A DNA stretch of 64,000 nucleotides, taken from NCBI RefSeq assembly GCF_009914755.1, contig NC_060932.1. One strand, given 5' to 3'. This document shows, in pieces, positions 41,917-55,420 of the stretch. The stretch is from the human T2T-CHM13v2.0 reference genome, Homo sapiens. The translations under genes were made by a program, and so were the position numbers. The notes under the pieces are model-generated. The model had not been told where the DNA came from, searched no databases, and saw nothing but the letters and a program-made list of their open reading frames with translations. The first letter of the stretch is position 1, and each line of letters starts with the position of its first letter.

Positions 41917-42853
41917 AGGTAATACTGAGGGCTGATGGTAAACTCCTGGTTGAGAGAGAAAAGGAAGAATCAAAATGGAAGAAAGATAGGGTGAGAGAGA
42001 ATTCTGTTCCAGCAACCCAGATTCTCATTTCTGCAACTACGCATGCATCACAGCCTTGCCCAGGACTATGAAAACATTATTATAAGCTACTATACTTTCT
42101 ATTCTTTTTTAACCTTGCTCCATTTACCAGTAATAATAATGATAGAAACTATAGCTTATGCTGTTTCTCCTCCTTCTCCGTCTAAGGAGTCTTTATTTAT
42201 TCAAACTGATTGATTTCAGGACACATGAAGAAAGCTCTTTTTCTTTTGTACAGTGTGGAGCCATCTCAGACAAGGCATTAGAGGTCATCACAGTTCTGAC
42301 CCTGGTTTCATCTGACCTAGTCCACCTTCAGTCATGCAAAACCCTCATATAGATTGCAAGCAACAGAGTTGCCAAGAGTTTTAAAGTATATTCTAGCCAG
42401 TCCTTATAATGTACTATGTTACCATAAATATGAAGCAAATAGCAACCAGAAATTAAACAGCTGCACCCATATCTGCATTTGTATTTATCTAGGGCTATCA
42501 TTTGTCAAGTGTTTTCATGTATCTTTTATGCAAGTATGAGTGAGGGGAAAAGCATATGGTGTCTTTGGGTAACTGCCAAGATAATCCCATGACTTCTAAT
42601 GAAATGGATACACCAAATAATGAAAAAAAAAACTAGACTTTCTTTTCCCTAAAGGAAACTTCTAGATAAATGTTCTTAAGTTGATTCTTCCAGTAACCAT
42701 AGTAACAGCCAAAGTAAACAGCCTTCATTTTAACCTAGATGGTATAATTTTATCTTCACATCAATCCTGTGAAGCACTCACAATTCCATTTTAGCAAACT
42801 GAAGTCTAAGAAAATATATTATTTTCATAAGGTCATACAACTACATACCGTAG

Positions 42854-43249
<396 letters not shown>

Positions 43250-43399
43250 TGAGAGCCACAAAATTTTCATGAAAGTTGTGAAAGAAATTTAATAATTAAA
43301 TATTAGGGAGAACAGTAACTACTACATATGAATACAATTTATTCCATTTAATTTTTTGAAAAGCACTACATTGAAAAGACATGGACTATAAAAAGCTCC

Positions 43400-43786
43400 A
43401 GAGTACAAATTTTACTCTTACTCCTTTTCTGTTCCCATCACCTCCAAAATAACATTTTTATTATACTTTTGGTTTGTCTTTCCACTATTTTCTTACATAA
43501 ATACAAATACATGCAAGTCTTTTTCCTTACATTATGACACAAAAAATAACATGTAACCACAGTTGTATACATTTTTAATCTTAATATTTTATGAAGAATT
43601 TTCCATTTCCCTATATTTTCTCATTTTTTTAAACAGCTTCATAGCATTCCACTGACTAGGTATATCATAACTTAGTTAACTATCCCCCTATTAATGGACT
43701 TTTGGGTTGTTTCTAGTCTTTTCCATTTATAAATCATGCTTGTAAGTACATCATGTCACCTTGTATATAATAAAAATCTAGACCAT
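43400..43786 (-). mobile_element. L1ME/L1MC 3'-end fragment
   Basis: TTTTTAAACAGCTTCATAGCATTCCA..TATCATAACTTA.TTAAC.ATCCCCTATTAATGGAC.TTTGGGTTGTTTCTAG. Confidence 0.65.
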
Positions 43787-43797
43787 AAATTTATACG

Positions 43798-44097
<300 letters not shown>

Positions 44098-47000
44098 AAA
44101 TTTATAAATTTAATATGTAAATCACTAAGATCAAATAACCACTGGATGTGTAAGAAAGAAAGTGTGGACTACAAGAGGTATCTTTCAGTTTGCCTTTGTT
44201 CTAGACTTTTAACTTTCACAAATCTAGAAAAGGATCTCCTTGAGGTCTAACTTAATCCATCCAAGGAATGCTTTCAGATCTGATGCTCAATAGCTCAGAT
44301 GGTAATGCAGTGCCATTTTTACCCTGTTTCACTGCCTTTGCATATAGTCCTCAGGATGAACATCCAGATTCTGGGCAGAATCTGTATAACTGTATATCCT
44401 CATCAAATAGCATCCCTAAACACAACTTTAATAGAAACCCTCCTCATTGCATATTTTTTAACAGCAAAAGTGAGCTTCTGCTTGAAAATAGACCCAGTTG
44501 TTAATCATGTGCATCCTTGCTGACTGTTCATTGGAATTTATGTATTATCTTACTTGCATCAAGCTATAAGAAAGTGTGGTAGTAACATTTAAAAAAAAAA
44601 CAGCTTCTGATCCACTGACAGTTGGATATTCCTGTTGTGATTCTCAAAATTCTTATCACAATTTAACCAAAATTGGAATTTCCATTGTGGGAAATGTTCA
44701 GTGTTGTCCTCTGTTATACTTTCTAGTTATCTAGCTAACAAGAACATGGCACAGTAAGAACTTTGTCACCAAGGGGTCATCAAATCTATTCCTCTCTCAA
44801 GGACATTCCATTCAGAGAATAAATCAAGTACAATATGCCATTGTTAGGAAGTAAAATACTGTTAGCTTTCCCAAAATTAGTATTAAAATGTATACATTTA
44901 GAATGTGCTTGCTCTATTCATTCAAATACTAAGGAATTTCAGTACTATAAATGAAAAGTGCTAATCAGAAAGCAACACTTCCGTATCTTGAGTAGATATT
45001 ATTTACTTTATCCCTGCTATATTCCTTAAAGAAAAATATGACAGTTTAATATTTATATTTACACGATTCATAAATGACAGAGTAGAGTTGTGCATAAAAC
45101 CAAGGTTTTCCCCTTTGGGACCAGTGCTATGAATGAGTTGCCAAATTTCACCGTGACGGAAGAGTGTTGATCGAACTAGGGATAAGTTCCAATCAAAAGG
45201 AATTCTGTCTTATCTGGATTCAATTTTAGAAAATGTTGGCAATTTCCCCACAGTAAGTCAGCTATCCATGTAAACAGATCCACTAAAATGAACTTGTACA
45301 ATATTGCTTAAAGTGGAATAAATGATCTGTATGTCATCTACATGTATATGGCTAAGCAGAATGCATCTTCCAGAACTGTGTATGTGTTAATGTATAAATC
45401 TTTAAAGCATTCAGCTCTAACCCTTAAGGGACTCTGTTATGCAAAGGACATAATCTGTTGACTAGTCCTGGCTAAAGGAAACTGGAATTAAATGAAAAGC
45501 AAAATTAATAACCAATGCCAGATAGACTTTTGTAGGATTGAAATGCATTTTAATAAATTTCCTGTTGGAAGGCAGCAGCTGCCCAGCCAAAAGCCTAGAA
45601 GCAGAAACTATAAGAGCCTGAGAGTGTCAGTAAGACAGCCAGACCATTTCTAACTTTAAGGAGTGCAATTTATGTGCTATGAAAGGACAAAAATCCTGAC
45701 TGAAATTCATTCTAGATCTGATGACAGTTAAGATATTCCTAGAGCTGATCGGCAGTGACTTTCTTCCACCGCTCTTAGTTAAATTAAAAAATAAGATGAT
45801 ATAAGTTAGTCATATTGTCCTTCGTGAACAGGATTTTTTTAAGAGAGTTACAATTGCAGATTTTAAACATGATGGCAATTTACCAGAAGTCAGAGATTAA
45901 CTAGGAGGGTTAAACTGAACCAAGAGAACTGAGAACAGCCTTTTACCAGTGAGGAAGGCCAAGGATTAGGGGCTGGAAGTGGTTGGCTAAAGCTTCAGGA
46001 TAATATCATTTAAATCCTCAACAGAAAGCAAATTAAACTGAGAGAAATCTTGATTGCCAGATTTATATGGACTAAAGGATACAAAGTAAATTCAAAACTG
46101 CTAAGAATTCCTATGTGTTGAGAATCAAAAATGTCATCAGAGTAAATATTGAAATCTCTTCGAATAAGCAATTTCAGAGACTTTAGGGTGACAGATCCAA
46201 AACTAATTGAAAGAATTCCAGAAAAGAGGATCAGGCAATCTTAGGAGCCAGGGAGACAAGCAAAGCTGCAAAGGATAGAACATTTAAAGGGACAACATCA
46301 CATTTAGCTTTATAATATGTAGTTTTTCTTAAAATTTATAGTCAGATTTTATATTCAGATGAAAATAGTTATCAATTTGCTCTATCATTTTTACATCTGA
46401 AATAAAATAAATTCATCTGCTATTCCATGCTTTTTTACCCACACTTTTTAAGAGAAAATATATCAGCTTTGTTTACCTTTCATTTGCTCGTGTTCTTTCT
46501 ATAGAATATTTCTGACATTACATATATATACTATCCAACCTTTTCTCACACATAAAGCCAAGCAGACTACAAAATATCATAAGTATTGCAAATAATGGTC
46601 ATTATTTTAAAGGCACAGAATTAGAGTGACAGAACACTGGATTTTTTAAATAGGTGTCTAGTATATAGAATCTAATCATCACCATCTGACATTTGTAGGT
46701 AGGATATATTTGGTGACCAAAATACTTGACAGATTTTCTTTTAAGTGTGAAATAAAAGCCTGGTGTTCAAAAGAGCCAGTGAAGACTAATGGAAAACTGA
46801 CTGATTTTTTTAGACTGGAACAAAAGAGATCTGTGAGGCTGTCACCTTTACCAGCACTTCAAGGGACACAGAAAAAGCCAGAACACTCTTAGGACAAGCT
46901 TCAGGACAAGCTAAACATATCACCTCGGGTTATCTGAATTTCAGTCGATGTTAAAAGTCCCCTTTAAGTTTGGGTAGAATGTGGTGAAGCCATCCTGCAC

Positions 47001-47992
47001 AGGAATTAAGAGAGCTCTCGCTAACAGGGTTACACAGCACACACTTGGCTGTAATAAATTAGGCCGTTGTCATTAGATACAGAACCGTCATCCAGCATTT
47101 ACAGTAAAGACATTGAAATGGAGATTTTAAAATACAAATGGTTTTAAGTCACTCCTGCCTTGATCCACTTAAACTCATTAAACAGAAGACATTTAAGGAG
47201 TCTCCAAAATACATGGAGGAAATGTGTATTGTGTTGACTGGAGGAAGGCTCTGTGACCTCATAAACTTTTCTAACTTGTCATCTTCCCTGAAAGTACACG
47301 ACTTAACCCCAGGTGAACTGTTGCAGAATGAGGAGTGCCCACATGAGATTGAATGAGGCTCTTGGGTGAAAAGAAATGTGCTTTTTGTGGCATTTGCATT
47401 TCAAGCTGAAGCTGCTCACGAGAGAATGGTTTATTGTATATGATTTGTAAAGATCACTAAATGAAGAAAAATGTTGGAGTAGAGCATGTGTACACACACA
47501 CGCACACACAAATACACACACAAACAGTACTCAGGTATAGTGTCTTTGAGATAAGCAGAAGAAAAAAAATTAAAAACCAATAATTCTATTCACCCTGTGA
47601 AAGACAGAGAGACAAGAGAAAGTGCCCACAACTGGCACCCCTCACTGCCCCCACAGCTCCTAAACGGTAGCAGTAGAAACAGTACACACCCTCCCCCAGC
47701 AAATGTTTCATATTCAGTGTAAACCCAGATCACAAAGTGAGTCGAAGTCCAGGCAAGGGTTAAAAAGCAATTCCAGCCACTTGCCAAGGGAGCAACAGGC
47801 CCAATAAATCCAACAGGGAAGTAAAGCTGGGTAGCTACAGGTCCTGACAGCATTATGCTGTCAAAGCCACGCTCCCGGGACCCTATTAGACACACCCTTC
47901 ATCCTGGCAAGAATGTGTAGGATTTTGTTTAGAGAAAATTAAAACCCAAATTATCTAATGCTTTACTAAAATACAAAATTTATCACTGATGA

Positions 47993-47995
<3 letters not shown>

Positions 47996-48072
<77 letters not shown>
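47996..48072. repeat. Perfect (TC)n(TG)n microsatellite
   Basis: Direct reading of the sequence. Confidence 0.97.
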
Positions 48073-48076
<4 letters not shown>

Positions 48077-48145
48077 AAATTGTGTCCTTTGTGGTTCTAT
48101 CATCCTAATCAGCTCTGAGCCCCTAGGGTATTTCTGTTGCTTGGG

Positions 48146-48161
48146 GCGACATCTACTGGTC
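48146..48161 (-). promoter_or_regulatory. Candidate CTCF motif
   Basis: Minus strand GACCAGTAGATGTCGC versus core CCASYAGRKGGCRS (one mismatch), in a local pocket of retained CpGs. Confidence 0.45.
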
Positions 48162-51100
48162 GAAACAGAGACCTTCCTAAGCGGGCTCCTCTCTCAACAA
48201 TCAAGCTGAACAAGTTTGATTTGGACATAACGAAGGCTTTTTTTTTTTCTCCTCCATTTTACTCCTTAGCTAATATAATATATAGCACTACCTTAGAGGA
48301 AACTCATAAGATTTCTTTATAAAGATCCAAGAATTGTTTAATTTTCTACCATTTCTCCTTGTCGTTATAATCTTTGCCACGAGAATGGCTACATTCTGAG
48401 AAATGTTCCGTCCTCAGTTCAGTCATTGTCATATGAATGAGCTATCATTCAATCCTAATGCCTGAGATGTTTTATTCTTACTTCCATGACATTTGTATTA
48501 TAGTAACAAAGGCTAAAGCAAGAAAAGGAAATGATACAAATTCCATTCAGGCTTTATGATTTTAAATTCTCATTTTGTGCTTCTTTCATGCCTAGGTACT
48601 AAAAAGTAGTTTTCCCCTTAAAAAAAAAAAAGAATAAAAGAAGAGAGGAAAAGGAAAAGAAAAATAACGAGTTTATGAAACCAAACCTCTGGTGTGCACC
48701 GCTTTTAATGGTTTTACCTTCACATTTAACACACCAGGATAAATTGCTACTGGAGACATCAAAGCCAAGAAAGTGAGTCAGTCATTTCCACTCACAGATC
48801 TATAGCAGGAACAATGCTTTGTTAAAGTTATGGTGAGATGTAGGGTGTAAGTGGCACACCACTGCAGAATGAACTACTGAATGTAGAATACCTTGTACCA
48901 GACACCATGTGAAAGCCACTAACGACTCTTATTTTAACCATATTGGACCCACCCGTTTCTCAATATTCTTCAACATGTAAGACAATATTTTAAGTCACTA
49001 AAATTTCCAGATGTTCAATTATATGTTTTTCCCCTCTTCCCAAAAACATGTGGATAGTTCTAATAGTTGGGGATGGATAGAGGGGTAAATAGCAAAGCTT
49101 TAAAATAGAGTTGTTGTTGATGCTGTTGTATCCAAAAGATGCTTTAAAACAATAAATTTAAAATAAAACATAAGCTAAGTGATAAAGTACGTTACATATG
49201 TTGCCTATGTATCACATCCATAAACTAATTTAGATGGGTTATACAAAGAGGTAGTTTTTCTTTTAAAAATTTCAATAAAAATTTCTAAATGTTTTATTTT
49301 TAGGAATATGTTTCCACAGGAACTTGCATTATTATAATGGGACTGTTGTTTGAAATACACAGCTTTTGTGAGTTTTCTAAATTTTACACTGAATGCAGAA
49401 AAATACTAAATAAATTAATATGTAATACAAAGAAATCTTTCTGAAAAGTATAAAATCGAACATAGGACTGTTAAATTTTTAAAAAAATAAATAATAATAT
49501 CTAAAGGAAAAATATATTGCCTTAGAATTAATTTGCAAATAAATGCAGAGGCATGAAAGATTTACCAATCATCATATCTTATACTTGCTATTTCTCTTAT
49601 TAATAACTACCTCATGTGCAGAAAAAACTCTATTTCTCTAAAGTCATATTTAAGAATCAAAATTTCTATTGTACAATAATTCAGAAAAAAGAACACAAGA
49701 TTTTTTTAGCCACGTAATTCATACTATTTGCAGCTGGAAGATTTTTTTAGATTTTTCTAGCTTCAATAATTAAATGAAGAGTGAGAATGTACTTTATTTA
49801 ATTGTAAAAGTTATTTTGTTTTCTTATAATAATGTTTTCAGAAGTTGAACGATGATATTGACGTATGCAACTACATTGAATGAAATAATATTCATTGTGA
49901 TGACAACAAAACAAAATAGAACACTTAAGTAAAATATTTTTAAATAAATAAAACACGCATTTTACTATATCTTTAGTGTAAATACATACTGTGAGCATTG
50001 ATTATGTAATACATTTCTGCCTGGTTATATCCATAAAGTTGTGTGACTCTATTTCAATTCAGTTTGAGCTTAACTTGCAGTTTCTTTTGGTTGTGGAAAA
50101 CATAATGTTTAGTAGGCAATTTTGTGGGTTTTTGCAGCACACACATCAAGGGGTCAGTTATCATGATACATCAAATAAAACATTTCTATTTTTAATGTTA
50201 TATTTTGGTGACTTTTTATCGCTTTTTCTTCCAAAACTATGGTTATAAAATAACTGCCCTTCAATAATTAATCATGCTACTCAATAGCTGTCAAATTTCA
50301 CTTAGCTAGCCAAAAGTTAAGCAAGTGTTAAAAGAAAAGTATCAGGAGAATTTAGGTACATTAAGAAAGATGAAAAACTTTAAAGTGTCCTACTCTATGT
50401 TTTCTCAACAAATAAACTTCTTTCATTTTTAAAAATAATCTGTTAGGAGAATTACATTATTGTTTTCTTTTCTAGGTGAATATCAGACACCAGCTTTTAT
50501 CTGTGTAACTGCAGATTTTATTTTTAAAACTGAAAGGTCTCAATTTTTTTAATTATCAGAAGTTGTAAAGCTGTAATCAACATGCAGTCTTTGAAAGTAA
50601 TTTTCATTAGCCTCATCTACTCCCTTTGGTAAAATAAAGAGTATTTTTAAAAATATTTTTAAAAATCTGTCATCCAAGATATACACTTTATTTTAAGCAT
50701 TACTCAATGTCTTTCATCCGTAGTACTTTCCCAATGTGTATATGTGTGTGTATGTATGTACATATGTATGTGTTTCCTCAAGTCAGAATAGACTGCTTTC
50801 AGTCCCACAAAATACATATAAAAGTAGATACAGAGCTACAGATATAGAGATATGCAGAAAGACATAACCTTTTAAAGATACCTATATATTTTAAATTCTC
50901 ACTAAAAAGTCCTAGTAGTTGATAAAAATTTTCCACAATTAAAAATTAAAAACAAAAACCCATAATGCTACTATGTATTTTTAATTTTGCCCCTCTCCCA
51001 CACAGGGCTTTCATTTTTTTGAGGCAAGAAGAAGAAATTCTTCCCATTTATGTATGCCAATATTTATTTATTCATTTGTACATGCATATATGTTTATGGA

Positions 51101-51200
51101 TTTATTTAGATAACTTACTTTAACATAAAACCAAGATAGAATAAGGCCAGTGTTAATTATAGCACCATACAGGGATGGTGCTTTGTAATGCAGTGTAGCG

Positions 51201-51236
<36 letters not shown>

Positions 51237-52094
51237 TACAGAGTTGGAAAATCTGTCTTGCCCAAGCAATACTAACAGTCCAATAGCCTAAAAAGAAGTA
51301 CTTCTGACACAAGACTACAAAGTAGTGGCCATACTTCTCAAGTAGTTGCCTGCATTACAGCCATACGGTATTTTCATTTTTGTTGACTCTGAATAAATCG
51401 GTGAAGCCGTAGCATTTATGGTAAACATTTTGCTTTATATTTGGTGCATCACATGGGACAAAATGCCTTACTTGTTAATAAAGGCAAGATTAATGTAGTG
51501 TTCTAATTCACAGGGGCAAAGATAAACGATAATGTTGCACCTTTTTCATTAGTAACAATTATCTAGGTAATATTTCCCTGACAGGCATAAAGTAGCATCA
51601 CATGCTGGAATAAACTTATAAGCTATGATGAGAGAGATCAGCATTATCATTTCCCCTCATCCATCCTGAGACATTTACAGCACCCACCAATAAAGGGGGA
51701 GAGCCTTCTGGTATGCATGCACAAAACATGTGGATTAAGTTAAGATTTCTCTGAACTGCATAGACAAAAGCAAAAAACTGTAAATCAATTCCATCAAAGG
51801 ACAGTCTGAATTCAGTTTCTGAACTTTGTCACTAATATCAGTTCTGTCTTCTAAGCAAAGAGTTAAGCTTCTCCAGGTAGCTATAGAAAGATGAATAGGA
51901 TATACAGCACATATAACAATCTTTACACATTTCATAAATTGTATATTTCTTAAAAAAGAAGCGTACTTCTATTACATCCATTGAAGTTCATCAGATAAAA
52001 ACAATACAATGAAAAATCAATACTTTTATGTTATTTTCAGTGAAATAGTACCTGAAACTATTTCATTATTGCTTTGTCACTATGACTTACTAAA

Positions 52095-52620
52095 AGGATA
52101 ATAAAATATACAAGAGAAAAAATAAGAAAGAAAAATTGAAGAATCCGGAAGGAAAATGTGGAACACATCAGTGGAATTGGAAAGGGAATGAAAAAGTTAA
52201 AATATAGGAAACCTGCAAAAGGACCAAAGAAAGAGTCAGAAAAAAATATACCCCATCAGAGAAATACACATAGGATCCAGAACAAAAGAGTCGGAGAAAG
52301 CAACAGAGAAATAAGAGAAATAAAAATTCAATTCAAGTAAGACCGAAGTAAAGAACAAGAACTAAAAAGCAAATCTTAAAAATGAAAGAGAGTAGGCATA
52401 TTAAGCACACTACAAGGGGAAAAAAAGAGACAAGGGAGACTCCAGAAAGACATAGCCCTGGAAGATGGATAGGGAGATAAAACAAATAAGAAATTAAACA
52501 ATGGAGAAGAAAGAAAACATGGAGAGAGACACAAAGGAAAGACAGAATAGAAGAGAGTGGGATGGTTAAGAACAAATGAGAGGGAGAAAAGAAACAAAGG
52601 TTAAGAGGAAAAAAAATCCA
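52095..52620 (+). repeat. ~520-bp A/G-rich low-complexity region
   Basis: Strong purine skew on the plus strand with no clear period. Confidence 0.75.
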
Positions 52621-53179
52621 CAAACTGTATTTATATAGTCTTTTTACGGAAAAGAACTCATTTGTATGTTTGTGTGTTTTTGGTGACATAGCAGCAAAAG
52701 TTTTGGTTTCTGTAAAACTATTTGGAAGTCTGTTCTGAGTTCAGATTTGGAAATATGAAACTATGAGCCTTCTCAGGTTTTACTACATTGGTTTTATATT
52801 GGCCAATTGAAAAATTTTATTCTTAGAGAAAATTCTTTTATAAAATTCTAAAATAATTCTTATAGAAAATACAGGCTTTGTAAAACTATTTGACACGCAA
52901 CATGCTATTAAACAATTTATGAAACATAATTTGAAGGTAAATATAGGTGATTTGTTTATTGTGGCTTTGTTTGTTTCTATTGTCTATAAAGGAACTGGTC
53001 CTTCCAGACGCTAAAATAAGATTGTTCAGAAGTATGAATTTTAATGAAATATCAAAAACTGAACAAGTCTTGTATTTTTGTTTTGGTTTTGACAAGCCTC
53101 TCCAAATGATTAAACAAATCAAAACTGTACTTTGGAAATAATTTTCCTTTTAGAGTTAAAGCAAAAGTCAATCATTTCA

Positions 53180-53466
53180 GGCTGGGTGCAGTGGCTCATG
53201 CCTGTGATCCCAATATTTTGAAAGGAGAAGGCAGGAGGAACGCTTGAGACCGGGAGACAAGACCAGCCTGGGCAACATAACGAGACCCTTGAGTCTACAA
53301 AAATTAAAAAAATAAAATAGCCAAATGTGGTCATTCATGCCTCTAGTCCTTGCTACTTGGGCGGCTAAAGTGGGAGGATAGCTTGAGCCCAGGAGTTTGA
53401 AGTTACAGTCAGCTGGGCTTGGATCACCACACTCCAGCTTGGGTGACAGAGACCTGGTTTCAAAAT
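53180..53466 (+). mobile_element. AluJ (diverged)
   Basis: GGCTGGGTGCAGTGGCTCATGCC..CAGCCTGGGCAACATA..GGAGGATAGCTTGAGCCCAGGAGTTTGA. Confidence 0.92.
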
Positions 53467-53601
53467 ATATATATATCTTTCTACTATTTCAATATTCATG
53501 GAAGATATATAGTGTGTGTAAATATATACATATGTATGTGTATATATGTACCTACATAAAGACATATTGTTCACAACTTAAAAAAAAAAAAAGGTGTTTA
53601 A

Positions 53602-53892
53602 GGCCAGGCGCCGTGGCTCACGCCTGTAAGCCACTTGGGAGGCCAAGGTGGGTGGATCGCCAGAGTTCAGGAGTTCAAGAACAGCCTGGCCAACATAGTG
53701 AAACCCCATCTCTACTAAAAATACAAAAAATTAGCTAGGTGTGGTGGCATGTGCCTCTAATCCCAGCTACTCAAGAGGCTGAGGCAAAGGAATCACTTGA
53801 ACCCAGGAGGCAGAAGTTACAGGGAGCCAAGATTGCGCCACTGCACTTCAGCCTGGGCCACAGAGCGAGACTCCGTCTCAAAAAAAAAAAAA
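53602..53892 (+). mobile_element. AluS (Sx/Sz-like)
   Basis: Full dimer with A tail; approximate TSD AAAGGTGTTTAA / AAAGTATTTAA. Confidence 0.93.
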
Positions 53893-54234
53893 GTATTTAA
53901 AAATTACTTGCAGTCTATGTAATAATTTGAACCTACTGTTTTCAATGGAAATTAGTTTCCTTTTCAAAATTGCAAAGAAATGAGGACTTGTAACAGGTAC
54001 AATTTCACAATTCTATTCTATCTTTATAGATTAAATGCAAAGATATAAACAGAATGATAATAATTTGGGTGAATTTCTAGCTGTACCAAAATATAATGAT
54101 AGATAAGTAGTAGTCAGCCTGGAATGGTGTCTCTGTTTCTAACAGGGAGGTATTATAGGGAATTACACAAAATAAATCTTTTGATCAATAATTTTGTATG
54201 TATAATATGCAGAAAAGATATAATTAAATGCAAA

Positions 54235-54890
54235 CAATACCTTAGTTCAGGCCTTCATCATCTGTCATCTAAAATATTGCCATAGCCTTTTAAATGGTTT
54301 CTTTTTTTATGTTTAATTTTTTAATTTATTTTACATATATAACAAACCTGCACATTGTGCACATGTACCCTAGAACTTAAAGTATAATAAAAATATATAA
54401 TAATAAATGATTTCTTAATCACTAATTTCCCCTACTTCATTGTGTACTCTAAGCTATATAAAATATTCTAAAAGGTTAAATAATGTCTTCATGACCTTGA
54501 ATTCTTTTTAGCACACTCCCACAGGTAAATATGGGCCACTTATTTATTTACTTACTTATTTTGTCATTCAAGCCCCTTCACCTTCTGGATTGATCATTTC
54601 CTCTCAAGTAACAGCCATGTACCCAAACCACATCCAAATTGAACTTCACCTCTTCTTTCTTCATCCATGCTTCATTCTCTGCCTAGTATGCCCCATCCTT
54701 ACCTCACTTCACTCCACCATGGATTTTTGCTGACCCCTTTATACACTTTACTCAGCATTCAGTCCAAGCCTTCTCAAATTCTCAGAGGCATGTCAGTGGT
54801 TGGAGTCTTTTTCAAACTCTGTATGCAGAGGATTGCCTAAACTACAGTTGCCATATAGTGGGTATTCAACTAATATATGGGATTGGTTAA
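54235..54890 (+). mobile_element. L2 fragment(s)
   Basis: CCTTAGTTCAGGCCTTCATCATCT..ATTGCCATAGCCTT and a 3' end TGCCATATAGTGGGTATTCAACTAATAT..TTGGTTAATGAA. Confidence 0.6.
54304..54403 (+). mobile_element. Micro L1PA 3'-terminal insertion (~70 bp) preceded by a T-rich tract
   Basis: TACATAT.TAACAAACCTGCACATTGTGCACATGTACCCTAGAACTTAAAGTATAATAAAAA. TSD TAAATG(G/A)TTTCTT at 54291-54303 and 54404-54416. Confidence 0.88.
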
Positions 54891-55119
54891 TGAAGAACTG
54901 AAATGTATTGTATATAAAGATATTCTTTGTTTCAAAAACCAATCGTGAAAATAAAAGGATGACAAGGCATAGTCTTCAGAGAAATTCAGATAAAACTAAA
55001 TGAAAGATGATTAATTGACCGTAATTCAAAATGTGTCAAGAGAGTGTCTAAGCTTATTTAAAAAGTGTGTCTATACCAGGGTTATCCTTATAGACATCCA
55101 ATGGCTTAAAATGAGATAA

Positions 55120-55420
55120 ATGATCAACTGGTTTTACCTTGCATAAGTCAGATCACTTCCAGAACATTGTGTTCAGTGACTGAACCACATTGACATGAAC
55201 AAACTAAAGTCCTATCAGATGCAACCTATCTGTGTCTGGTGAGTAAATGCTTTACTGTAGAGTTTAAGAACACATTGAAGGATTTAGAGAAATTTAGTGA
55301 GAAGAAGAGATGACTGTAAAATATGTCAATAATTTATATATGGATAAAGGATTTTTTTTTCTGTACAACTCTAAGGAGCAGAACTAGAACAATGAATGAA
55401 TAGTTGCTATAGGTAAAATC
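55120..55420 (+). mobile_element. CR1/L3 3' fragment
   Basis: GTCAGATCAC..CAGAACATTGTGTTCAGT..TTGAAGGATTTAG..TTTAGT..GAGAAGAAGAGA..CAGAACTAGAACAATG. Confidence 0.55.
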
